Shown piece by piece: positions 44,001 through 58,738 of a stretch of DNA of 64,000 bases. A program made the position numbers and the translations under genes. Below the pieces are notes generated by a model, which was not told the origin of the DNA, did not search any database, and worked only from the letters and a program-made list of their open reading frames with translations. Location of the stretch: assembly GCF_009914755.1 (NCBI RefSeq), contig NC_060925.1. One strand, given 5' to 3'. Source of the stretch: the human T2T-CHM13v2.0 reference genome, Homo sapiens. Each line of letters starts with the position of its first letter. The stretch's first letter is position 1.

Positions 44001-47000
44001 TCATCATCGAATGGATTCGAATGGAATCATCGAATAAAATTGATTGAAATCATCATCCAATGGAATCGAATGGTATCATTGAATGGAATCGAATGGAATC
44101 ATCATCAGATGGAAATGAATGGAATCGTCATAGAATGGAATCGAATGGATTCATTGAATGGAATCAGATGGAATCATCGAATGGACTGGAATGGAATCAT
44201 TGAATGGACTCGAAAGGGATCATGATTGAATGGAATTGAATGGAATCATCGAATGGTCTCGATTGGAATCATTATCAAATGGAATCGAATGGAATCACCG
44301 AATAGAATCGAATGGAACAATCATCGAATGGACTCAAATGGAATTATCCTCAAATGGAATCGAATGGAATTATCGAATGCAATCGAATGGAATTATCGAA
44401 TGCAATCGAATAGAATCATCGAATGGACTCGAATGGAATCATCGAATGGAATGGAATGGAACAGTCAATGAACTCGAATGGAATCATCATTGAATGGAAT
44501 CGAATGGAATCATCGAGTGGAATCGAATGGAATTATGATCAAATGGAATCGAATGTAATCATCATCAAATGGAATCAAAAATAACCATCATCAATTGGTA
44601 TTGAATGGAATTGTCATCAAATGGAATTCAAAGGAATCATCATCAAATGGAACCGAATGGAATCCTCATTGAATGGAAATGAAAGGGGTCATCATCTAAT
44701 GGAATCGCATGGAATCATCATCAAATGGAATCGAATGGAATCATCATCAAATGGAATCTAATGGAATCATTGAACAGAATTGAATGGAATCGTCATCGAA
44801 TGAATTGAATGCAATCATCGAATGGTCTCGAATGGAATCATCTTCTAATGGAAAGGAATGGAATCATCGCATAGAATCGAATGGAATTATCATCGAATGG
44901 AATCGAATGGTATCAACACCAAACGGAAAAAAACGGAATTATCGAATGGAATCGAAGAGAATCTTCGAACGGACCTGAATGGAATCATCTAATGGAATGG
45001 AATGGAATAATCCATGGACTCGAATGCAATCATCATCGAATGGAATCGAATGGAATCATCGAATGGACTCGAATGGAATAATCATTGAACGGAATCGAAT
45101 GGAATCATCATCGGATGGAAACGAATGGAATCATCATCGAATGGAAATGAAAGGAGTCATCATCTAATGGAATTGCATGGAATCATCATAAAATGGAATC
45201 GAAAGGAATCAACATCAAATGGAATCAAATGGAATCATTGAACGGAATTGAATGGAATCGTCATCGAATGAATTGACTGCAATCATCGAATGGTCTCGAA
45301 TGGAATCATCTTCAAATGGAATGGAATGGAATCATCGCATAGAATCGAATGGAAGTATCATCGAATGGAATCGAATGGAATCAACATCAAACGGAAAAAA
45401 ACGGAATTATCGAATGGAATCGAAGAGAATCATCGAATGGACCCGAATGGAATCATCTAATGGAATGGAATGGAATAATCCATGGACTCGAATGCAATCA
45501 TCATCGAATGGAATCGAATGGAATCATCGAATGAACTCGAATGGAATCATCATTGAATGGAATCGAATGGAATCATCGAGTGGAATCGAATGGAATTATG
45601 ATCAAATGGAATCGAATGTAATCATCATCAAATGGAATCAAAAATAACCATCATCAATTGGTATTGAATGGAATTGTCATCAAAAGGAATTCAAAGGAAT
45701 CATCATCAAATGGAACCGAATGGAATCCTCATTGAATGGAAATGAAAGGGGTCATCATCTAATGGAATCGCAAGGAATCATCATCAAATGGAATCGAATG
45801 GAATCATCATCAAATGGAATCTAATGGAATCATTGAACAGAATTGAATGGAATCGTCATCGAATGAATTGAATGCAATCATCGAATGGTCTCGAATGGAA
45901 TCATCTTCTAATGGAAAGGAATGGAATCATTGCATAGAATCGAATGGAATTATCATCGAATGGAATCGAATGGTATCAACACCAAACGGAAAAAAACGGA
46001 ATTATCGAATGGAATCGAAGAGAATCTTCGAACGGACCCGAATGGAATCATCTAATGGAATGGAATGGAATAATCCATGGACTCGAATGCAATCATCATC
46101 GAATGGAATCGAATGGAATCATCGAATGGACTCGAATGGAATAATCATTGAACGGAATCGATTGGAATCATCATCGGATGGAAATGAAAGGAATCATCAT
46201 CGAATGGAATCGAATAGAATTATGGAATGAAATCCAGTGTGATCATCATCGAATGGACCCGAATGGAATCATCATCCAACGGAAGCTAATGGAATCAACA
46301 TCGAATGAATCGAATGGAAACACCATCGAATTGAAACGAATGGAATTATCATGAAATTGAAATGGATGGACTCATCATCGAATGGATTCGAATGGAATCA
46401 TCGAATACAATTGATTGAAATCATCATCCAATGGAATCGAATGGTATCATTGAATGGAATCGAATGGAATCATCATCAGATGGAAATGAATGGAATCGTC
46501 ATAGAATGGAATCGAATGGATTCATTGAATGGAATCAGATGGAATCATCGAATGGACTGGAATGGAATCATTGAATGGACTCGAAAGGGATCATAATTGA
46601 ATGGAATTGAATGGAATCATCGAATGGTCTCGATTGGAATCATTATCAAATGGAATCGAATGGAATCACCGAATAGAATCGAATGGAACAATCATCGAAT
46701 GGACTCAAATGGAATTATCCTCCAATGGAATCGAATGGAATTATCGAATGCAATCGAATGGAATTATCGAATGCAATCGAATAGAATCATCGAATGGACT
46801 CGAATGGAATCATCGAATGGAATGGAATGGAACAGTCAATGAACTCGAATGGAATCATCATTGAATGGAATCGAATGGAATCATCGAGTGGAATCGAATG
46901 GAATTATGATCAAATGGAATCGAATGTAATCATCATCAAATGGAATCAAAAATAACCATCATCAATTGGTATTGAATGGAATTGTCATCAAATGGAATTC

Positions 47001-50000
47001 AAAGGAATCATCATCAAATGGAACCGAATGGAATCCTCATTGAATGGAAATGAAAGGGGTCATCATCTAATGGAATCGCATGGAATCATCATCAAATGGA
47101 ATCGAATGGAATCATCATCAAATGGAATCTAATGGAATCATTGAACAGAATTGAATGGAATCGTCATCGAATGAATTGAATGCAATCATCGAATGGTCTC
47201 GAATGGAATCATCTTCTAATGGAAAGGAATGGAATCATCGCATAGAATCGAATGGAATTATCATCGAATGGAATCGAATGGTATCAACACCAAACGGAAA
47301 AAAACGGAATTATCGAATGGAATCGAAGAGAATCTTCGAACGGACCCGAATGGAATCATCTAATGGAATGGAATGGAATAATCCATGGACTCGAATGCAA
47401 TCATCATCGAATGGAATCGAATGGAATCATCGAATGGACTCGAATGGAATAATCATTGAACGGAATCGAATGGAATCATCATCGGATGGAAACGAATGGA
47501 ATCATCATCGAATGGAAATGAAAGGAGGCATCATCTAATGGAATTGCATGGAATCATCATAAAATGGAATCGAATGGAATCAACATCAAATGGAATCAAA
47601 TGGAATCATTGAACGGAATTGAATGGAATCGTCATCGAATGAATTGACTGCAATCATCGAATGGTCTCGAATGGAATCATCTTCAAATGGAATGGAATGG
47701 AATCATCGCATAGAATCGAATGGAATTATCATCGAATGGAATCGAATGGAATCAACATCAAACGGAAAAAAACGGAATTATCGAATGGAATCGAAGAGAA
47801 TCATCGAATGGACCCGAATGGAATCATCTAATGGAATGGAATGGAATAATCCATGGACTCGAATGCAATCATCATCGAATGGAATCGAATGGAATCATCG
47901 AATGGACTCGAATGGAATAATCATTGAACGGAATCGAATGGAATCATCATCGGATGGAAATGAATGGAATCATCATCGAATGGAATCGAATAGAATTATG
48001 GAATGAAATCCAGTGTGATCATCATCGAATGGACCCGAATGGAATCATCATCCAACGGAAGCTAATGGAATCAACATCGAATGAATCGAATGGAAACACC
48101 ATCGAATTGAAACGAATGGAATTATCATGAAATTGAAATGGATGGACTCATCATCGAATGGATTCGAATGGAATCATCGAATGAAATTGATTGAAATCAT
48201 CATCGAATGGAATCGAATGGTATCATTGAATGGAATCGAATGGAATCATCATCAGATGGAAATGAATGGAATCGTCATAGAATGGAATCGAATGGATTCA
48301 TTGAATGGAATCAGATGGAATCATCGAATGGACTGGAATGGAATCATTGAATGGACTCGAAAGGGATCATGATTGAATGGAATTGAATGGAATCATCGAA
48401 TGGTCTCGATTGGAATCATTATCAAATGGAATCGAATGGAATCACCGAATAGAATCGAATGGAACAATCATCGAATGGACTCAAATGGAATTATCCTCAA
48501 ATGGAATCGAATGGAATTATCGAATGCAATCGAATGGAATTATCGAATGCAATCGAATATAATCATCGAATGGACTCGAATGGAATCATCGAATGGAATG
48601 TAATGGAACAGTCAATGAACTCGAATGGAATCATCATTGAATGGAATCGAATGGAATCATCGAGTGGAATCGAATGGAATTATGATCAAATGCAATCGAA
48701 TGTAATCCTCATCAAATGGAATCAAAAATAACCATCATCAATTGGTATTGAATGGAATTGTCATCAAATGGAATTCAAAGGAATCATCATCAAATGGAAC
48801 CGAATGGAATCCTCATTGAATGGAAATGAAAGGGGTCATCATCTAATGGAATCGCATGGAATCATCATCAAATGGAATCGAATGGAATCATCATCAAATG
48901 GAATCTAATGGAATCATTGAACAGAATTGAATGGAATCGTCATCGAATGAATTGAATGCAATCATCGAATGGTCTCGAATGGAATCATCTTCTAATGGAA
49001 AGGAATGGAATCATCGCATAGAATCGAATGGAATTATCATCGAATGGAATCGAATGGTATCAACACCAAACGGAAAAAAACGGAATTATCGAATGGAATC
49101 GAAGAGAATCTTCGAACGGACCCGAATGGAATCATCTAATGGAATGGAATGGAATAATCCATGGACTCGAATGCAATCATCATCGAATGGAATCGAATGG
49201 AATCATCGAATGGACTCGAATGGAATAATCATTGAACGGAATCGAATGGAATCATCATCGGATGGAAACGAATGGAATCATCATCGAATGGAAATGAAAG
49301 GAGTCATCATCTAATGGAATTGCATGGAATCATCATAAAATGGAATCCAATGGAATCAACATCAAATGGAATCAAATGGAATCATTGAACGGAATTGAAT
49401 GGAATCGTCATCGAATGAATTGACTGCAATCATCGAATGGTCTCGAATGGAATCAACTTCAAATGGAATGGAATGGAATCATCGAATAGAATCGAATGGA
49501 ATTATCATCGAATGGAATCAACATCAAACGGAAAAAAACGGAATTATCGAATGGAATCGAAGAGAATCATCGAATGGACCCGAACGGAATCATCTAATGG
49601 AATGGAATGGAATAATCCATGGACTCGAATGCAATCATCATCGAATGGAATCGAATGGAATCATCGAATGGACTCGAATGGAATAATCATTGAACGGAAT
49701 CGAATGGAATCATCATCGGATGGAAATGAATGGAATCATCATCGAATGGAATCGAATAGAATTATGGAATGAAATCCAGTGTGATCATCATCGAATGGAC
49801 CCGAATGGAATCATCATCCAACGGAAGCTAATGGAATCAACATCGAATGAATCAAATGGAAACACCATCGAATTGAAACGAATGGAATTATCATGAAATT
49901 GAAATGGATGGACTCATCATCGAATGGATTCGAATGGAATCATCGAATAAAATTGATTGAAATCATCATCGAATGGAATCGAATGGTATCATTGAATGGA

Positions 50001-53000
50001 ATCGAATGGAATCATCATCAGATGGAAATGAATGGAATCGTCATAGAATGGAATCGAATGGATTCATTGAATTGAATCAGATGGAATCATCGAATGGACT
50101 GGAATGGAATCATTGAATGGACTCGAAAGGGATCATGATTGAATGGAATTGAATGGAATCATCGAATGGTCTCGATTGGAATCATTATCAAATGGAATCG
50201 AATGGAATCACCGAATAGAATCGAATGGAACAATCATCGAATGGACTCAAATGGAATTATCCTCAAATGGAATCGAATGGAATTATCGAATGCAATCGAA
50301 TGGAATTATCGAATGCAATCGAATAGAATCATCGAATGGACTCGAATGGAATCATCGAATGGAATGGAATGGAACAGTCAATGAACTCGAATGGAATCAT
50401 CATTGAATGGAATCGAATGGAATCATCGAGTGGAATCGAATGGAATTATGATCAAATGGAATCGAATGTAATCATCATCAAATGGAATCAAAAATAACCA
50501 TCATCAATTGGTATTGAATGGAATTGTCATCAAATGGAATTCAAAGGAATCATCATCAAATGGAACCGAATGGAATCCTCATTGAATGGAAATGAAAGGG
50601 GTCATCATCTAATGGATTCGCATGGAATCATCATCTAATGGAATCGAATGGAATCATCATCAAATGGAATCTAATGGAATCATTGAACAGAATTGAATGG
50701 AATCGTCATCGAATGAATTGAATGCAATCATCGAATGGTCTCGAATGGAATCATCTTCTAATGGAAAGGAATGGAATCATCGCATAGAATCGAATGGAAT
50801 TATCATCGAATGGAATCGAATGGTATCAACACCAAACGTAAAAAAACGGAATTATCGAATGGAATCGAAGAGAATCTTCGAACGGACCCGAATGGAATCA
50901 TCTAATGGAATGGAATGGAATAATCCATGGACTCGAATGCAATCATCATCGAATGGAATCGAATGGAATCATCGAATGGACTCGAATGGAATAATCATTG
51001 AACGGAATCGAATGGAATCATCATCGGATGGAAACGAATGGAATCATCATCGAATGGAAATGAAAGGAGTCATCATCTAATGGAATTGCATGGAATCATC
51101 ATAAAATGGAATCGAATGGAATCAACATCAAATGGAATCAAATGGAATCATTGAACGGAATTGAATGGAATCGTCATCGAATGAATTGACTGCAATCATC
51201 GAATGGTCTCGAATGGAATCATCTTCAAATGGAATGGAATGGAATCATCGCATAGAATCGAATGGAATTATCATCGAATGGAATTGAATGGAATCAACAT
51301 CAAACGGAAAAAAACGGAATTATCGAATGGAATCGAAGAGAATCATCGAATGGACCCGAATGGAATCATCTAATGGAATGGAATGGAATAATCCATGGAC
51401 TCGAATGCAATCATCATCGAATGGAATCGAATGGAATCATCGAATGGACTCGAATGGAATAATCATTGAACGGAAACGAATGGAATCATCATCGGATGGA
51501 AATGAATGGAATCATCATCGAATGGAATCGAATAGAATTATGGAATGAAATCCAGTGTGATCATCATCGAATGGACCCGAATGGAATCATCATCCAACGG
51601 AAGCTAATGGAATCAACATCGAATGAATCGAATGGAAACACCATCGAATTGAAACGAATGGAATTATCATGAAATTGAAATGGATGGACTCATCATCGAA
51701 TGGATTCGAATGGAATCATCGAATAAAATTGATTGAAATCATCATCGAATGGAATCTAATGGTATCATTGAATGGAATCGAATGGAATCATCATCAGATG
51801 GAAATGAATGGAATCGTCATAGAATGGAATCGAATGGATTCATTGAATGGAATCAGATGGAATCATCGAATGGACTGGAATGGAATCATTGAATGGACTC
51901 GAAAGGGATCATTATTGAATGCAATTGAATGGAATCATCGAATGGTCTCGATTGGAATCATTATCAAATGGAATCGAATGGAATCACCGAATAGAATCGA
52001 ATGGAACAATCATCGAATGGACTCAAATGGAATTATCCTCAAATGGAATCGAATGGAATTATCGAATGCAATCGAATGGAATTATCGAATGCAATCGAAT
52101 AGAATCATCGAATGGACTCGAATGGAATCATCGAATGGAATGGAATGGAACAGTCAATGAACACGAATGGAATCATCATTGAATGGAATCGAATGGAATC
52201 ATCGAGTGGAATCGAATGGAATTATGATCAAATGGAATCGAATGTAATCATCATCAAATGGAATCAAAAATAACCATCATCAATTGGTATTGAATGGAAT
52301 TGTCATCAAATGGAATTCAAAGGAATCATCATCAAATGGAACCGAATGGAATCCTCATTGAATGGAAATGAAAGGGGTCATCATCTAATGGAATCGCATG
52401 GAATCATCATCAAATGGAATCGAATGGAATCATCATCAAATGGAATCTAATGGAATCATTGAACAGAATTGAATGGAATGGTCATTGAATGAATTGAATG
52501 CAATCATCGAATGGTCTCGAATGGAATCATCTTCTAATGGAAAGGAATGGAATCATCGCATAGAATCGAATGGAATTATCATCGAATGGAATCGAATGGT
52601 ATCAACACCAAACGGAAAAAAACGGAATTATCGAATGGAATCGAAGAGAATCTTCGAACGGACCCGAATGGAATCATCTAATGGAATAGAATGGAATAAT
52701 CCATGGACTCGAATGCAATCATCATCGAATGGAATCGAATGGAATCATCGAATGGACTCGAATGGAATAATCATTGAACGGAATCGAATGGAATCATCAT
52801 CGGATGGAAACGAATGGAATCATCATCGAATGGAAATGAAAGGAGTCATCATCTAATGGAATTGCATGGAATCATCATAAAATGGAATCGAATGGAATCA
52901 ACATCAAATGGAATCAAATGGAATCATTGAACGGAATTGAATGGAATCGTCATCGAATGAATTGACTGCAATCATCGAATGGTCTCGGAATCATCTTCAA

Positions 53001-54930
53001 ATGGAATGGAATGGAATCATCGCATAGAATCGAATGGAATTATCATCGAATGGAATCGAATGGAATCAACATCAAACGGAAAAAAACGGAATTATCGAAT
53101 GGAATCGAAGAGAATCATCGAATGGACCCGAATGGAATCATCTAATGGAATGGAATGGAATAATCCATGGACTCGAATGCAATCATCATCGAATGGAATC
53201 GAATGGAATCATCGAATGAACTCGAATGGAATCATCATTGAATGGAATCGAATGGAATCATCGAGTGGAATCGAATGGAATTATGATCAAATGGAATCGA
53301 ATGTAATCATCATCAAATGGAATCAAAAATAACCATCATCAATTGGTATTGAATGGAATTGTCATCAAATGGAATTCAAAGGAATCATCATCAAATGGAA
53401 CCGAATGGAATCCTCATTGAATGGAAATGAAAGGGGTCATCATCTAATGGAATCGCATGGAATCATCATCAAATGGAATCGAATGGAATCATCATCAAAT
53501 GGAATCTAATGGAATCATTGAACAGAATTGAATGGAATCGTCATCGAATGAATTGAATGCAATCATCGAATGGTCTCGAATGGAATCATCTTCTAATGGA
53601 AAGGAATGGAATCATCGCATAGAATCGAATGGAATTATCATCGAATGGAATCGAATGGTATCAACACCAAACGGAAAAAAACGGAATTATCGAATGGAAT
53701 CGAAGAGAATCTTCGAACGGACCCGAATGGAATCATCTAATGGAATGGAATGGAATAATCCATGGACTCGAATGCAATCATCATCGAATGGAATCGAATG
53801 GAATCATCGAATGGACTCGAATGGAATAATCATTGAACGGAATCGAATGGAATCATCATCGGATGGAAACGAATGGAATCATCATCGAATGGAAATGAAA
53901 GGAGTCATCATCTAATGGAATTGCATGGAATCATCATAAAATGGAATCGAATGGAATCAACATCAAATGGAATCAAATGGAATCATTGAACGGAATTGAA
54001 TGGAATCGTCATCGAATGAATTGACTGCAATCATCGAATGGTCTCGAATGGAATCATCTTCAAATGGAATGGAATGGAATCATCGCATAGAATCGAATGG
54101 AATTATCATCGAATGGAATCGAATGGAATCAACATCAAACGGAAAAAAACGGAATTATCGAATGGAATCGAAGAGAATCATCGAATGGACCCGAATGGAA
54201 TCATCTAATGGAATGGAATGGAATAATCCATGGACTCGAATGCAATCATCATCGAATGGAATCGAATGGAATCATCGAATGGACTCGAATGGAATAATCA
54301 TTGAACGGAAACGAATGGAATCATCATCGGATGGAAATGAATGGAATCATCATCGAATGGAATCGAATAGAATTATGGAATGAAATCCAGTGTGATCATC
54401 ATCGAATGGACCCGAATGGAATCATCATCCAACGGAAGCTAATGGAATCAACATCGAATGAATCGAATGGAAACACCATCGAATTGAAACGAATGGAATT
54501 ATCATGAAATTGAAATGGATGGACTCATCATCGAATGGATTCGAATGGAATCATCGAATAAAATTGATTGAAATCATCATCGAATGGAATCGAATGGTAT
54601 CATTGAATGGAATCGAATGGAATCATCATCAGATGGAAATGAATGGAATCGTCATAGAATGGAATCGAATGGATTCATTGAATGGAATCAGATGGAATCA
54701 TCGAATGGACTGGAATGGAATCATTGAATGGACTCGAAAGGGATCATGATTGAATGGAATTGAATGGAATCATCGAATGGTCTCGATTGGAATCATTATC
54801 AAATGGAATCGAATGGAATCACCGAATAGAATCGAATGGAACAATCATCGAATGGACTCAAATGGAATTATCCTCAAATGGAATCGAATGGAATTATCGA
54901 ATGCAATCGAATGGAATTATCGAATGCAAT
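38081..54930 (+). repeat. 16,888-bp 11-unit higher-order repeat, copy 2
   Basis: Matching ORF starts 21532/38420, 23304/40192, 28959/45847, 32511/49399, 34781/51669 and 35585/52473, with shared private SNPs and indels. Confidence 0.93.
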
Positions 54931-56913
54931 CGAATAGAATCATCGAATGGACTCGAATGGAATCATCGAATGGAATGGAATGGAACAGTCAATGAACACG
55001 AATGGAATCATCATTGAATGGAATCGAATGGAATCATCGAGTGGAATCGAATGGAATTATGATCAAATGGAATCAAATGTAATCATCATCAAATGGAATC
55101 AAAAATAACCATCATCAATTGGTATTGAATGGAATTGTCATCAAATGGAATTCAAAGGAATCATCATCAAATGGAACCGAATGGAATCCTCATTGAATGG
55201 AAATGAAAGGGGTCATCATCTAATGGAATCGCATGGAATCATCATCAAATGGAATCGAATGGAATCATCATCAAATGGAATCTAATGGAATCATTGAACA
55301 GAATTGAATGGAATCGTCATCGAATGAATTGAATGCAATCATCGAATGGTCTCGAATGGAATCATCTTCTAATGGAAAGGAATGGAATCATCGCATAGAA
55401 TCGAATGGAATTATCATCGAATGGAATCGAATGGTATCAACACCAAACGGAAAAAAACGGAATTATCGAATGGAATCGAAGAGAATCTTCGAACGGACCC
55501 GAATGGAATCATCTAATGGAATGGAATGGAATAATCCATGGACTCGAATGCAATCATCATCGAATGGAATCGAATGGAATCATCGAATGGACTCGAATGG
55601 AATAATCATTGAACGGAATCGAATGGAATCATCATCGGATGGAAACGAATGGAATCATCATCGAATGGAAATGAAAGGAGTCATCATCTAATGGAATTGC
55701 ATGGAATCATCATAAAATGGAATCGAATGGAATCAACATCAAATGGAATCAAATGGAATCATTGAACGGAATTGAATGGAATCGTCATCGAATGAATTGA
55801 CTGCAATCATCGAATGGTCTCGAATGGAATCAACTTCAAATGGAATGGAATGGAATCATCGAATAGAATCGAATGGAATTATCATCGAATGGAATCATCA
55901 TCAAACGGAAAAAAACGGAATTATCGAATGGAATCGAAGAGAATCATCGAATGGACCCGAACGGAATCATCTAATGGAATGGAATGGAATAATCCATGGA
56001 CACGAATGCAATCATCATCGAATGGAATCGAATGGAATCATCGAATGGACTCGAATGGAATAATCATTGAACGGAATCGAATGGAATCATCATCGGATGG
56101 AAATGAATGGAATCATCATCGAATGGAATCGAATAGAATTATGGAATGAAATCCAGTGTGATCATCATCGAATGGACCCGAATGGAATCATCATCCAACG
56201 GAAGCTAATGGAATCAACATCGAATGAATCAAATGGAAACACCATCGAATTGAAACGAATGGAATTATCATGAAATTGAAATGGATGGACTCATCATCGA
56301 ATGGATTCGAATGGAATCATCGAATAAAATTGATTGAAATCATCATCGAATGGAATCGAATGGTATCATTGAATGGAATCGAATGGAATCATCATCAGAT
56401 GGAAATGAATGGAATCGTCATAGAATGGAATCGAATGGATTCTTTGAATGGAATCAGATGGAATCATCGAATGGACTGGAATGGAATCATTGAATGGACT
56501 CGAAAGGGATCATGATTGAATGGAATTGAATGGAATCATCGAATGGTCTCGATTGGAATCATTATCAAATGGAATCGAATGGAATCACCGAATAGAATCG
56601 AATGGAACAATCATCGAATGGACTCAAATGGAATTATCCTCCAATGGAATCGAATGGAATTATCGAATGCAATCGAATGGAATTATCGAATGCAATCGAA
56701 TAGAATCATCGAATGGACTCGAATGGAATCATCGAATGGAATGGAATGGAACAGTCAATGAACTCGAATGGAATCATCATTGAATGGAATCGAATGGAAT
56801 CATCGAGTGGAATCGAATGGAATTATGATCAAATGGAATCGAATGTAATCATCATCAAATGGAATCAAAAATAACCATCATCAATTGGTATTGAATGGAA
56901 TTGTCATCAAATG

Positions 56914-58738
56914 GAATTCAAAGGAATCATCATCAAATGGAACCGAATGGAATCCTCATTGAATGGAAATGAAAGGGGTCATCATCTAATGGATTCGCAT
57001 GGAATCATCATCTAATGGAATCGAATGGAATCATCATCAAATGGAATCTAATGGAATCATTGAACAGAATTGAATGGAATCGTCATCGAATGAATTGAAT
57101 GCAATCATCGAATTGTCTCGAATGGAATCATCTTCTAATGGAAAGGAATGGAATCATCGCATAGAATCGAATGGAATTATCATCGAATGGAATCGAATGG
57201 TATCAACACCAAACGGAAAAAAACGGAATTATCGAATGGAATCGAAGAGAATCTTCGAACGGACCCGAATGGAATCATCTAATGGAATGGAATGGAATAA
57301 TCCATGGACTCGAATGCAATCATCATCGAATGGAATCGAATGGAATCATCGAATGGACTCGAATGGAATAATCATTGAACGGAATCGAATGGAATCATCA
57401 TCGGATGGAAACGAATGGAATCATCATCGAATGGAAATGAAAGGAGTCATCATCTAATGGAATTGCATGGAATCATCATAAAATGGAATCGAATGGAATC
57501 AACATCAAATGGAATCAAATGGAATCATTGAACGGAATTGAATGGAATCGTCATCGAATGAATTGACTGCAATCATCGAATGGTCTCGAATGGAATCATC
57601 TTCAAATGGAATGGAATGGAATCATCCCATAGAATCGAATGGAATTATCATCGAATGGAATCGAATGGAATCAACATCCAACGGAAAAAAACGGAATTAT
57701 CGAATGGAATCGAAGAGAATCATCGAATGGACCCGAATGGAATCATCTAATGGAATGGAATGGAATAATCCATGGACTCGAATGCAATCATCATCGAATG
57801 GAATCGAATGGAATCATCGAATGGACTCGAATGGAATAATCATTGAACGGAATCGAATGGAATCATCATCGGATGGAAATGAATGGAATCATCATCGAAT
57901 GGAATCGAATAGAATTATGGAATGAAATCCAGTGTGATCATCATCGAATGGACCCGAATGGAATCATCATCCAACGGAAGCTAATGGAATCAACATCGAA
58001 TGAATCGAATGGAAACACCATCGAATTGAAACGAATGGAATTATCATGAAATTGAAATGGATGGACTCATCATCGAATGGATTCGAATGGAATCATCGAA
58101 TAAAATTGATTGAAATCATCATCGAATGGAATCGAATGGTATCATTGAATGGAATCGAATGGAATCATCATCAGATGGAAATGAATGGAATCGTCATAGA
58201 ATGGAATCGAATGGATTCATTGAATGGAATCAGATGGAATCATCGAATGGACTGGAATGGAATCATTGAATGGACTCGAAAGGGATCATTATTGAATGCA
58301 ATTGAATGGAATCATCGAATGGTCTCGATTGGAATCATTATCAAATGGAATCGAATGGAATCACCGAATAGAATCGAATGGAACAATCATCGAATGGACT
58401 CAAATGGAATTATCCTCAAATGGAATCGAATGGAATTATCGAATGCAATCGAATGGAATTATCGAATGCAATCGAATAGAATCATCGAATGGACTCGAAT
58501 GGAATCATCGAATGGAATGGAATGGAATAATCCATGGACTCGAATGCAATCATCATCGAATGGAATCGAATGGAATCATCGAATGAACTCGAATGGAATC
58601 ATCATTGAATGGAATCGAATGGAATCATCGAGTGGAATCGAATGGAATTATGATCAAATGGAATCGAATGTAATCATCATCAAATGGAATCAAAAATAAC
58701 CATCATCAATTGGTATTGAATGGAATTGTCATCAAATG
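56914..58738 (+). repeat. 1825-bp chimeric unit (long-unit front joined to short-unit end)
   Basis: After the tail (AATGG)3 at ~58511-58527 the sequence reads taatccatggactc...gaatgaactc (short-unit B end) instead of cagtcaatgaactc; net +49 bp. Confidence 0.88.

Noticed and set aside
58046-58699. Longest ORF (217 aa) and the 163-aa ORFs at 34781 and 51669
   Set aside because: They arise from a tga>tta SNP plus the 1825-bp chimeric junction, which is chance read-through.
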